Translations under genes and position numbers: made by a program
Notes under the pieces: generated by a model
What the model saw: only the letters and a program-made list of their open reading frames with translations
What the model was told of the DNA's origin: nothing
Database searches by the model: none
From: an uncultured Acidobacteriota bacterium
GTDB taxonomy: Bacteria; Acidobacteriota; Terriglobia; Terriglobales; Acidobacteriaceae
NCBI GenBank assembly: GCA_903832055.1
Contig: CAILAC010000012.1
Location: 84,991-148,990, forward strand
Direction: 5' to 3'
DNA: 64,000 bases
Shown here: one piece after another, positions 1-8,173 of the stretch
Layout of the letters: the number at the start of each line of letters is the position of its first letter
Position numbering within the stretch: the stretch's first letter is position 1

Positions 1-1
1 G

Positions 2-1081
2 TGGTTTGGCGGAAGAACGCGCAATCCATGGAATCCCAACCAGGGATCAAGCGGCTCTTCGGCTGGCTCGGCAAGCGCCGTTGCCGCCGGTTGCGTGGCT
101 TTTGCCATCGGCTCGGAGACTCTCGGCTCAATTTCCTCGCCCTCAACGCGCTGCGGGGATACGGGACTCAGGCCAACCTTTGGCTTTGTGCCTCGCACCG
201 GAGCCATGGCGCTGAGCTGGACGATGGACAAGCTGGGCCCCATTTGCCGGGCAGTTGAGGATTGCGCGATTGTCTTTGACGCGATTCATGGGCCAGACGG
301 GCAGGACCTCGCGACCCGCGAGGCGGCCTTCAACTGGGACGCGCAATATGATTGGAAGCGCCTGCGGGTGGGCTATTTCAAAAGCGAGTTTGACCCTATC
401 AAGCCCTTCAAAGCAGAAGGGCCAAAGGCGGGCGAGTCTGCCGAGGAAAAGAAGCAACGGGAAATCAGCAATGCCGAGCGCGAGGCTGCCCACGCGCGCC
501 GCGCCTACGACCAGCAATACGAAGCAGCCGCGATCGACAAATTGCGCAGCATGGGTGTCACCCTCATTCCCGTCGAGCTGCCCAAACTGCCCTACGGATC
601 GATGACCCCACTGTTGACCGCCGAGGCGGCCGCAGCCTTTGACGACCTGACGATCTCAGGCAAGGACAAGCTCCTCACCGAGCAGGGCGAAGAAGACTGG
701 CCCAACGCCTTCCGCATCGCCCGCTTCTACCCCGCGGTCGAATACATTCAGGCCAACCGGGCGCGCACTCTGGCCATCCGCGAGCTGTCAAAACTCTTTG
801 AGCAGGTCGATGTCATCGTCACCCCGACCTTTGGCGAACAGCTCACGGCCACCAACCTGACCGGGCACCCCGCGCTCATCCTGCCCAATGGACTGCGCGG
901 AGCGGACGCACCTCGACCGCCAAAGATTGATGATGGCAACAACGACGACATCGGCGGCCCACAAACGCCCGTGAGCCTGACCTTTCTCGCTGGACACTTC
1001 CAGGACGCAAAGCTCTGCGCCTTTGCGCGCGCCTATCAGGAGGCGACCGGCTTCCACAAGCTGCATCCCAAACTCGACTGA
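2..1081 (+). CDS. amidase (amidase-signature family), 5'-truncated by the window edge
   Basis: Frame 2 is open from nt 2 and reads ...NQGSSGSSAGSASAVAAGCVAFAIGSETLGSISSPS..., the Gly/Ser-rich amidase-signature block. It is the same frame as ORF-track entry 95..1081. Stop at 1079-1081. Confidence 0.85.
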   Translation, partial: WFGGRTRNPWNPNQGSSGSSAGSASAVAAGCVAFAIGSETLGSISSPSTRCGDTGLRPTFGFVPRTGAMALSWTMDKLGPICRAVEDCAIVFDAIHGPDGQDLATREAAFNWDAQYDWKRLRVGYFKSEFDPIKPFKAEGPKAGESAEEKKQREISNAEREAAHARRAYDQQYEAAAIDKLRSMGVTLIPVELPKLPYGSMTPLLTAEAAAAFDDLTISGKDKLLTEQGEEDWPNAFRIARFYPAVEYIQANRARTLAIRELSKLFEQVDVIVTPTFGEQLTATNLTGHPALILPNGLRGADAPRPPKIDDGNNDDIGGPQTPVSLTFLAGHFQDAKLCAFARAYQEATGFHKLHPKLD

Positions 1082-1498
1082 GCCCTCTCGGCGGTCGCAG
1101 CAATCTTGCAGAATTGCCAACACCCCCTTCCGGGACTCCATCAGCCCGGTTCGAGCATTTCCAACTCATTTGCGTAGAATTATGCGCTCCAGGCGTACGC
1201 TTGAGATGAATCAACCGGCAGCACCCAGGAAACCCGATTTCACCGCGAGCCAGCCTCGATGCGGAGCAAAAAGTGGCACAAAAACACACAAAATGCGCCA
1301 GGTAACCACCACTTAACTACCGCATCATCAAGGCTTTAGCGCAGAATTTTGGCAAAAACACCCCACCCCCCCCTTTTTTATGTGTGCAGATTGCCTTCTT
1401 ACGATTACTTGAGTAACTAGAATCGCTTTTCAATCGATGAATGCGCCTCAGAAAAGTGACCTCGAACTCAGCACAGCTGGAGCAATTAGCATCAGGTT

Positions 1499-2290
1499 AT
1501 GTCACTTGTCCAGGTAGAATCCGTGAGCAAGAACTATCCCCGACGCGAAGGGCTGCGGCAGGTCGATCATTTCGTCGTCCAGAATGTCAGCTTCAATATC
1601 GCCGAGGGTGAAACCCTGGGCCTCGTCGGCGAATCCGGTTCAGGCAAGAGCACCGTGGCGCGGATGATTCTGGGCCTCGTGGCACCGACCAGCGGCGTGA
1701 TTCGCATAGCTGGCGTTGAGGTCGGCGGAGACCGGACGCAAGGTTTGCGGCGGCAGATGCAGCCCGTTTTCCAGGACCCCGCAGCGGCGCTCAATCCGCG
1801 CATGCGGGTGCTTGAGATCATCACGGAACCGCTGGTCATCCACGGCAAGGCCGCGGGCATCGACACAAGCGGCGCGGCACTCAAGGCCGCTGCTAGCGCT
1901 CTGCTGACCTCAGTTGGGCTGGACGAGTCGGCGCTCGGACGCTATCCGCATGAGTTCAGCGGGGGGCAAAAGCAGCGCATTAACATTGCCCGGGCGCTGG
2001 CCTTGCGGCCACAGTTTCTTGTTCTCGATGAGCCGGTCTCGGCGCTGGACGTGAGTGTAGGCGCGCAGATCATCAATCTGCTGCGCAATCTACAACGAGA
2101 GCATGGACTGACTTACCTCTTCATCAGCCACTCGATGCCGCTGGTGCGGTATCTCTCCACGCGCATTGCGGTGATGCAAAAGGGGCGGCTGGTCGAGATT
2201 GGCGAGGCGGAGGAGCTTTGCGCCCATCCGCGCGAGGCCTACACACAGCAGTTGCTGGCGGCGACTCCAGAGCTGGCAGGCAGACGATAA
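1499..2290 (+). CDS. ABC transporter ATP-binding protein (DppF/OppF-like), orphan
   Basis: ATG at 1499. Walker A GESGSGKST, ABC signature FSGGQKQR, Walker B LVLDEPVSALD. No permease or binding-protein gene is adjacent. Confidence 0.9.
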   Translation: MSLVQVESVSKNYPRREGLRQVDHFVVQNVSFNIAEGETLGLVGESGSGKSTVARMILGLVAPTSGVIRIAGVEVGGDRTQGLRRQMQPVFQDPAAALNPRMRVLEIITEPLVIHGKAAGIDTSGAALKAAASALLTSVGLDESALGRYPHEFSGGQKQRINIARALALRPQFLVLDEPVSALDVSVGAQIINLLRNLQREHGLTYLFISHSMPLVRYLSTRIAVMQKGRLVEIGEAEELCAHPREAYTQQLLAATPELAGRR

Positions 2291-2323
2291 TCCATCGTCT
2301 GCCCACTCGCTCTGAACGCGCAA

Positions 2324-3112
2324 CTACTTGGGCTGCGGAGGGCTGGCCGGCTTGTCGGCGGGCGGCGCTGCGGGCGCAGTTGCCGGTGCTGAGGGTGTTG
2401 CCGCTGCGCTGCCGGGAGCGGCCGGTTTGGGTGCCATGCCGCCAGGCATTGGGCGACCGCCCTGCATTCCGGGCATTCCCGGCTGCGGTGCAGTCGGCAG
2501 GTCGGTGATGTCTACCAGTTCGACATCAAAGATCAGGTCAGACTTGGCGGGAATCACCGGCGGGCGACCCATTGCTCCGTAAGCGAGCTGGTAGGGGATG
2601 AAGATGCGGCGCTTGCCACCGATCTTCATGCCTTCAAAGCCCTGGTCCCAGCCTGGAATGACGCGGCCGCGGCCCTGAGGAAACTGGATCGGCTGACCCT
2701 CGCCCATTTTGGGCTTGCCGTCAGCGTCCATCTCCGGCTTGCCGTCCTTGTCCATGACAGGCATCTTGTGGTCAAAGGAGGAATCAAACTTTTTGCCGTC
2801 TGAAGCAAGGTATCCCGTGTAATGAACCTTGTAGAGCTTGCCCGATTCGGCAAGAGCGCCGGTGCCGATGCTGATGTCCTGGTACTTGAGCGCAAATGCA
2901 GTCTTGAGCAGCCCCTTGACAGCGGGAACGCCGGGAGGGAGCTTGATGGCGGATGCACCGGCGACAGCCGGCTTTTTGACTGCGCCCGGAGCGGTTGCAG
3001 ACTTGGGCGCAGCAGTAGTTGTGGGCTTGGTGGCAGGCTTGGCTGGCGTGGTCTGTGCGGCGTTGACCGTAAGAGGTGCCGCAAGGGCGAGCATCAGTGC
3101 GATTCGATTCAT
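2324..3112 (-). CDS. secreted FKBP-type peptidyl-prolyl cis-trans isomerase
   Basis: Signal-peptide-like N-terminus MNRIALMLALAAPLTVNA. FKBP core YKVHYTGYL..DGKKFDSS..GRGRVIPGWDQGFEGMKIGGKRRIFIPYQLAYG..DLIFDVELVDI. Low-complexity Ala/Pro/Thr/Lys linker and a Met/Gly/Pro-rich tail. Confidence 0.9.
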   Translation of the reverse strand: MNRIALMLALAAPLTVNAAQTTPAKPATKPTTTAAPKSATAPGAVKKPAVAGASAIKLPPGVPAVKGLLKTAFALKYQDISIGTGALAESGKLYKVHYTGYLASDGKKFDSSFDHKMPVMDKDGKPEMDADGKPKMGEGQPIQFPQGRGRVIPGWDQGFEGMKIGGKRRIFIPYQLAYGAMGRPPVIPAKSDLIFDVELVDITDLPTAPQPGMPGMQGGRPMPGGMAPKPAAPGSAAATPSAPATAPAAPPADKPASPPQPK

Positions 3113-3241
3113 AGGGGGTTCAATGACTCCGAAGTAGCTTTATCCGGGAGTTTAACAGGCTGCGCCGTGGCTTCGTCACCGGAATGCGGGTTGAGCAGAG
3201 ATTTCAGTTCTGCATTTGGGCTAAAGCCTTTACATTGAGAT

Positions 3242-4033
3242 ATGGATTCTCCAATTCTTCATACTTTGCAGCTTGCCTGGCTGCCAGTGGCTTCCTTCCT
3301 TGCTGGTGGACTCAATACGGTTGCCGGTGGCGGATCGTTTCTTTCACTGCCTGCATTGCTGAGCGCGATGAAAGGCTCGGGCACGAGTTCAGTAACGGCA
3401 AGCGCCACCAACACCGTGGCTCTGTGGCCGGGGCAGCTCACCTCAGTCTTTGCATATCGCGACAATCTCAGCCGGCACGCGAAACGTCTGCTGCCGTTGG
3501 GCATTGCGTCCTTGATTGGCGGCCTGGTCGGAGCGTGGCTGCTGGTGATTACGCCCAGCAGCCGGTTTCTCTTTCTGCTGCCCTGGCTGCTGCTGTTTGC
3601 AGCGGTGATGTTTGTACTGAGCGAACCGCTGGGCCGCTGGATTGCCACGCGCGGTAACGCGGCGCGATCTGACCTGTGGCTGATTGTCGGGATGGTGGTG
3701 GTCAGCGCCTATGTCGGATACTTTGGCGCGGGTGGCGGATTTCTGGTGATGGCCCTGTTTGGCCTGTGCGGCGTTACTGACATTCATGAGATGAACGCGC
3801 TCAAGGTGGTTACCGCTGTCGTTTCGATTGGTATTGCTGTTGCGGTGTTTGTCTACAGCGGCCGTGTCGTGTGGAGCTATTGCTGGCAGATGGCGATTCT
3901 TGCAGGAATTGGCGGCTACGTGGCTGCGCGTTACAGTAAGCGCGTGAACCCGAAGCTGATGCGGCGCATCGTGGCGTCTGTAGGATTTGTGACTGCCGCC
4001 TACTTCTTCTGGCGTGCCTACGGTCCCAGATAG
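3242..4033 (+). CDS. TauE/SafE (DUF81) family membrane transporter, paralog 1
   Basis: Polytopic hydrophobic protein with FLAGGLNTVAGGGSF near the N-terminus and GYFGAGGGFL in the second half, the two signature repeats of the TauE/SafE family. Confidence 0.85.
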   Translation: MDSPILHTLQLAWLPVASFLAGGLNTVAGGGSFLSLPALLSAMKGSGTSSVTASATNTVALWPGQLTSVFAYRDNLSRHAKRLLPLGIASLIGGLVGAWLLVITPSSRFLFLLPWLLLFAAVMFVLSEPLGRWIATRGNAARSDLWLIVGMVVVSAYVGYFGAGGGFLVMALFGLCGVTDIHEMNALKVVTAVVSIGIAVAVFVYSGRVVWSYCWQMAILAGIGGYVAARYSKRVNPKLMRRIVASVGFVTAAYFFWRAYGPR

Positions 4034-4039
4034 CTGGAA

Positions 4040-4912
4040 ATGCCCTGTTTAGAATGGGAGCAGATGCATTTGCTCCCTTTCACAGCTGAAATTGCGGCGA
4101 CCTTCAATGCAGTTGACTGGCGCCTGCCGTGGCTGATCTTCGCATCCTTTCTTGGCGGCGCGCTTAATGCAGTGGCGGGCGGAGGCTCGTTTCTCACTTT
4201 TCCAGCGCTGCTGGGCATCGGCCTGCTGCCGATTCAGGCCAATGCCACCAATACGGTTGCGCTGTGGCCTGGCCAGCTGCTGTCGATTGCGGCGTATCGA
4301 GACGAAGTGCGCAAGCGGACCGCTCTTGCCTGGCGGATGGCGCTGGCTGGCCTGCTCGGCGGGTCGGGCGGCGCGATTCTGCTGCTGCATACCCGTGCGA
4401 CGACGTTCATTCATCTGGTGCCGTGGCTGCTGCTGTTTGCCTCTACCATTTTTGCCGTGAGCGACCCGGTGATGAAGTGGCTGGAGCGGCGGGCTAAACG
4501 CAATGCCGAGCAGTCGTCTGATTCTTCCAAGTCCGCGATGAAGGAGCCGCGGAACTTTCTGCTGCTGGCGCTGGCGACGGCGATTGTCTGCTTTTACATT
4601 GGATACTTTGGCGCAGGGGCGGGATTTCTGCTCATCACGCTGCTCTCGCTCTTTGGCTTCCAGGACCTGAACGAGATGAATGCCATGAAGGTGGTGGCGA
4701 CCACAATGGCCAATGGCATGGCCTGCATCCTGTTTGCTTTCAGCGGCAAGGTGGAGTGGCACTATTGCCTGGCTGCGATGGTGACCTGCGCTCTGGGTGG
4801 CTACCTCTCAGCAAGGATTGCCCAGCGACTGAACCAGCGGTTTTTGCGCGGCCTCGTCGTGGTGATCGGGTTGGGCATGGCTGCATTCTTCTTCTGGAAG
4901 TACTACGCGTAA
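4040..4912 (+). CDS. TauE/SafE (DUF81) family membrane transporter, paralog 2
   Basis: Same motif pair as the upstream gene (FLGGALNAVAGGGSF, GYFGAGAGFL). It starts 6 nt after the upstream stop. An alternative start at ATG 4064 (MHLLPF...) is possible. Confidence 0.8.
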   Translation: MPCLEWEQMHLLPFTAEIAATFNAVDWRLPWLIFASFLGGALNAVAGGGSFLTFPALLGIGLLPIQANATNTVALWPGQLLSIAAYRDEVRKRTALAWRMALAGLLGGSGGAILLLHTRATTFIHLVPWLLLFASTIFAVSDPVMKWLERRAKRNAEQSSDSSKSAMKEPRNFLLLALATAIVCFYIGYFGAGAGFLLITLLSLFGFQDLNEMNAMKVVATTMANGMACILFAFSGKVEWHYCLAAMVTCALGGYLSARIAQRLNQRFLRGLVVVIGLGMAAFFFWKYYA

Positions 4913-4944
4913 CCCCAACCGCAGGCATCAGGCAAAATAGAGAT

Positions 4945-5385
4945 ATGAGTCACGAAGGCATTCGTTTTATCAGCAAGGAAGAACAAGAGAAGGTCGAGCG
5001 GGAAGAAAAGCGCGCAAGCGCGCTGACCAAAGCTGCACTGACGCCGGCCAAAGTGCGCGTGTTGAAGACCGAAGGCACGGGCATGGAGATTGACTGGGAA
5101 GACGGCCACCACAGCCAGTGGCACTTTGCCTGGCTGCGCAACGCCTGCCCCTGCGCGACCTGCGTGGAGGAGCGGAAGATGCAGGGGCGCGAGCCGGGCG
5201 TTCCCAAGCCGCAGCCCAAGCAGCTATTGCAGATGTACGAGGCCCCGGCGCGGCCGGCGAGTGCGCACGCGGTTGGCCGCTATGCGATCCAGTTCAACTG
5301 GCAGGACGGGCATTCGAGCGGCATCTATTCGTGGGACTTTTTGAGGCGGAACTGCCAATGCGCGGAGTGCAAGGCCGCGCGCTAA
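4945..5385 (+). CDS. DUF971 domain protein (gamma-butyrobetaine-hydroxylase-like N-terminal fold)
   Basis: ATG 4945 inside ORF 4756..5385. Two copies of the pattern W.DGH.S...W..LR..C.C..C are present (IDWEDGHHSQWHFAWLRNACPCATC; FNWQDGHSSGIYSWDFLRRNCQCAEC). Confidence 0.75.
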   Translation: MSHEGIRFISKEEQEKVEREEKRASALTKAALTPAKVRVLKTEGTGMEIDWEDGHHSQWHFAWLRNACPCATCVEERKMQGREPGVPKPQPKQLLQMYEAPARPASAHAVGRYAIQFNWQDGHSSGIYSWDFLRRNCQCAECKAAR

Positions 5386-5395
5386 AGGATCCTGA

Positions 5396-5545
5396 CTATC
5401 GGATGACAGCCTCTACGACTGCAGGAACGACGACCCGCAGCACTTCAGGCACAACTATCCAGGCAACGTAACCTGATAAAACGGCGATTGGCAGCGAAGC
5501 CAGGAGCACGAACCTGCGCAGGGATGATGTTTCGTTTGCAATCAT
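5396..5545 (-). CDS. small hydrophobic protein (49 aa), not in the ORF track
   Basis: ATG at 5545-5543, preceded by GAGGAG (complement of 5552-5557) with 6-nt spacing. Translation: MIANETSSLRRFVLLASLPIAVLSGYVAWIVVPEVLRVVVPAVVEAVIR*. It lies 71 nt downstream of, and co-oriented with, the DUF3606 gene. Confidence 0.35.
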   Translation of the reverse strand: MIANETSSLRRFVLLASLPIAVLSGYVAWIVVPEVLRVVVPAVVEAVIR

Positions 5546-5616
5546 GGCGATCTCCTCTGCTCGGATATACGCTGGAGTGCGGGTAAAGTTGCCTTCGCGG
5601 TTTGATTCGCAGAAAT

Positions 5617-5850
5617 TCAGGCTACTTTGTGGGCATGGAGTGCGGCGCGTATCTTTTCGACGTGGGTTCCGTGGGCTCGGATCGCCTCGTGAAGCTTGTC
5701 GCCGGTCACGCTGAATTCCTTGGACCAGTACGCGATGTCAGAAGCCATTTTGGGGTTGATTTCTTTGGGGTTGTTAGGGCCCTTGGTAGGTTGCACTTCG
5801 TGCATTGCGTGGGGAGCCTGGCTCTTGGGGGAATCGTGGTGCTCGGACAT
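5617..5850 (-). CDS. DUF3606 family small protein (77 aa)
   Basis: Only the last 77 codons of ORF 5617..6312 look real (ATG at 5850-5848). The C-terminal ASDIAYWSKEFSVTGDKLHEAIRAHGTHVEKIRAAL matches the DUF3606 pattern (..YW...F.V....L..A....G). Confidence 0.65.
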   Translation of the reverse strand: MSEHHDSPKSQAPHAMHEVQPTKGPNNPKEINPKMASDIAYWSKEFSVTGDKLHEAIRAHGTHVEKIRAALHAHKVA

Positions 5851-5962
5851 GGGTACTTCCTCTCGTTTTCTCCTTAAGTTCGATGAGGAAGTGCCGGGTT
5901 GAGATGTACGTGCCGCTTGAAAGGGTTTGCATTGGACGCGTACCTGAGATGTTGCGCGGTGG

Positions 5963-6397
5963 GTGCAGATGGTCTGCCGCACAATTCCTGGTGAATCGAT
6001 GCTGGCTGGGGCGATGAGCGAGTTGGGGCCCGCAGATTTCTCAGAGATGGTTGCTCTCGCGGCGTTGACCGAGCCGGGGCCGTTTCGCGATGGCACGGGT
6101 ATGCTCGGCGGTTTTCTGGGGATCCGCATCGATGGCCGCCTGGCGGCAATGGCGGGACGCCGGCTGCACCCGACTGGATACGTTGAGGTCAGCGCGGTCT
6201 GTACGCACCCGGAGTTTCGTGGCCGGGGATATGCCCTGGCACTTGTCGCGATGGTTGCACGCGGAATCCATGCCGAGGGAATGACTCCCGCATTGACCTC
6301 GTTTGAGGCCAATGCGGGAGCAGTCAGGATTTACGAACAGGCCGGTTTTGCCGTGCGGCGCAGGTTTGAACTGGCAGTAGTGCGACCGCCGTCTTAG
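5963..6397 (+). CDS. GNAT family N-acetyltransferase
   Basis: Acetyl-CoA motif A: EVSAVCTHPEFRGRGYALALV. C-terminal NAGAVRIYEQAGF. An in-frame stop at 5945-5947 limits the N-terminus. The start is GTG 5963 or ATG 5969/5999. Confidence 0.75.
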   Translation: MQMVCRTIPGESMLAGAMSELGPADFSEMVALAALTEPGPFRDGTGMLGGFLGIRIDGRLAAMAGRRLHPTGYVEVSAVCTHPEFRGRGYALALVAMVARGIHAEGMTPALTSFEANAGAVRIYEQAGFAVRRRFELAVVRPPS

Positions 6398-6479
6398 GCC
6401 CGACCGGCAACTGATGCGGCTGTTGCCGGCCACTGCGGGCGAATTTTCAGAACAATTGATTCTTCTCTTTGGCGCGTCG

Positions 6480-6851
6480 CTATTTCGACGGTGCCGGATC
6501 AGCGGCTGGTGGTGCCGCCGCTGGAGCCGCAGCCTTGAGTTTTGTGAGGGATTCGTCGACGCGCTTTTTGAAGTCAGAGGCATCGTTGTTGACGAGGCCG
6601 CTGAAGGCGGTTTGTATCTGCATTTCGCAGCCTGTGCCGACAGTATTGAGCAGCACCGTATTGAGGCGCTTGCCGGTCAAGTTGCCGCCAATGTTGTAGG
6701 AGGCTGTCATCTCCTCATTGACGATGCTGATGATGCCGTACTTGCCGGAGTTGCGCAAGGTGTCTTTAACGGCGGGCCAAAGCGTTGAGCAGGGTACGCT
6801 ATAGCTATCTTTGTGTGTCTTGGCCAGAGCAGATGCTGTGATGATCAGCAT
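6480..6851 (-). CDS. hypothetical secreted protein or lipoprotein
   Basis: Single clean ORF with an Ala/Pro-rich C-terminal tail. The hydrophobic N-terminus looks shortened when started at ATG 6851; upstream in-frame codons read TKRFAIAAL but contain no canonical start. Confidence 0.45.
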   Translation of the reverse strand: MLIITASALAKTHKDSYSVPCSTLWPAVKDTLRNSGKYGIISIVNEEMTASYNIGGNLTGKRLNTVLLNTVGTGCEMQIQTAFSGLVNNDASDFKKRVDESLTKLKAAAPAAAPPAADPAPSK

Positions 6852-7346
6852 CAGTGCGGCAATGGCAAATCGTTTCGTGTCGTTCTCCCCCTACTTTCCT
6901 TTTTTGTATGAAGCCCAATCTCAGCGAAAACACCCGTCTTGATTTCAAAGAGCCAGCCGGAGCAATTGCGGACGCGCCAACACTATAGCAAAAGTTGAGG
7001 CGCGCTTACGAATGCGGCAGGATCGACGCTGAGAGACGGGCTCGACAAGATCGACGTTGCAGACCGAATGCTGGTTGGCCAGGAAGGCAATCAAGGTAAA
7101 CCGGTTCCGCTGACCAACATAGACGGGCCGAAAGACACAAGCAAAAACTGTCGGACGACTGCCCGGCCATTCAGAATTGGGCAGTTTGTTCATTGTCAGA
7201 CTGCTGACCTCTGACTTCGATGATGAAGGATTCGGTGGAAGTTATCGGCGACCGATTTGGGATGGACTTGGGTTGGGTTGCGCTGAGGGGTGTGTGAAAA
7301 CGGACTGTTTTGCAAGGAAGTTGGACGATTCCTGTATATTTTCGCA

Positions 7347-7793
7347 ATGCGTTTGGCGTCACAGGAGACACGCTCTTATTTTGTAACTGCTTTTACGGCG
7401 GAGCGGCGCAGACTGTTTCAGGTGACTGACAATGCGGAACTGTTTCGACAGACGCTTTTCGACTATCGCGGGCAGGGGCGGTATCTGCTCCATGCGTATG
7501 TCATTATGCCGGATCATTTTCATGCTTTGATTACGCCGGCTTCGGATGTTTCTCTTGAGAAGGCTATGCAGTTCATCAAGGGCGGGTTTTCTTTCCGTCT
7601 GAAGAGCAAGATGGATGTGTGGATGCGTAGTTTCAACGAAAGCCAGGTCTCGACGAAAGAGAAATTTGCAGAGTGTGTGCGGTATATCGAGGAGAATCCG
7701 GTTCGGGCAAGGCTCGTTGATAGGGCGGATGCTTATCCGTTTAGTTCGGCGGCTGGGGCGATGGACGCGATGCCTGCGCATTTCCGGCGTTGA
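7347..7793 (+). CDS. REP-associated tyrosine transposase (RAYT; IS200/IS605-like HUH Y1 family)
   Basis: HUH motif in YVIMPDHFHALITP. Catalytic Tyr motif in CVRYIEENPVRARL. Size is about 148 aa from ATG 7347. GC is about 50% in the stretches I counted, against about 60% in the neighbours. REP-like palindromes follow immediately. Confidence 0.85.
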   Translation: MRLASQETRSYFVTAFTAERRRLFQVTDNAELFRQTLFDYRGQGRYLLHAYVIMPDHFHALITPASDVSLEKAMQFIKGGFSFRLKSKMDVWMRSFNESQVSTKEKFAECVRYIEENPVRARLVDRADAYPFSSAAGAMDAMPAHFRR

Positions 7794-7812
7794 CGTGCGG
7801 GTTTGGGCTGGG

Positions 7813-7888
7813 GCGCAGGTTTTACGGATGATGTTGGTGGTCGGGCGGAGGCGCTGGTTTTACGGATGATGTTGGGGGTCGGGCGGAG
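7813..7888 (+). repeat. 38-bp tandem duplication (2 units, 36/38 identical)
   Basis: Unit 1 (7813-7850) is gcgcaggttttacggatgatgttggtggtcgggcggag. Unit 2 (7851-7888) is gcgctggttttacggatgatgttgggggtcgggcggag. Confidence 0.95.
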
Positions 7889-7948
7889 GGAGCCGGGGCA
7901 TTGATGCCCCGGAATTAGGGCTGAAGTAGAGCGCCTTTAGGCGCGGGC
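7884..7948 (+). repeat. REP-like element, class 1, copy A (two hairpins)
   Basis: Sequence cggagggagCCGGGGCAttgaTGCCCCGGaat...GCGCCtttaGGCGCgggc, with an 8-bp stem at 7893-7912 and a 5-bp stem at 7931-7944. Confidence 0.8.
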
Positions 7949-7971
7949 TCTTCTTTGATTGGCGGCAAAAG

Positions 7972-8038
7972 GCCCGCGGCTAAAGCCGATTCGTTGCGAG
8001 ACATCTATTCAGGGGCATGAATGCCCCTGCTCCCTCCG
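7972..8038 (-). repeat. REP-like element, class 1, copy B (inverted relative to copy A)
   Basis: The reverse complement reads cggagggagCAGGGGCAttcaTGCCCCTGaat...CGGCtttaGCCGcgggc. That is 29/32 and 15/17 identity to the ends of copy A, and the stem differences are compensatory. Confidence 0.8.
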
Positions 8039-8173
8039 GGTTCGCGCTGGGCGCGAATGGGGTTTGCTTTGGTTGAGTTCCCGTGGAGCAGCAGATTCCC
8101 TGACAAGAGTGGCGGACGGAAGAGCATGAACGGGGCTGGCTTTTGTGGTTTCCTACCCACATTTGTTTAGAGT

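Noticed and set aside
1-258. ORFs 1..258 and 6..215 at the window start
   Set aside because: They are alternative frames of the amidase gene. The amidase-signature block is in frame 2, so these are spurious.
5851-6312. The N-terminal 154 codons of ORF 5617..6312
   Set aside because: Only the last 77 codons match the DUF3606 pattern and have their own ATG. The upstream part overlaps the GNAT gene antisense and is Arg/Pro/Ser-rich.
5963-6397. A GNAT gene that might be 5'-truncated (a pseudogene)
   Set aside because: About 86 residues precede the RGRGYA acetyl-CoA motif, which is enough for a complete GNAT fold. The in-frame stop at 5945-5947 simply defines a short but intact gene.
6945-7371. 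Minus-strand ORFs 6945..7193 and 7171..7371 upstream of the RAYT gene, as possible gene remnants
   Set aside because: No recognisable motif, no RBS, and they overlap each other. They could be decayed sequence, but I cannot support a pseudogene call.
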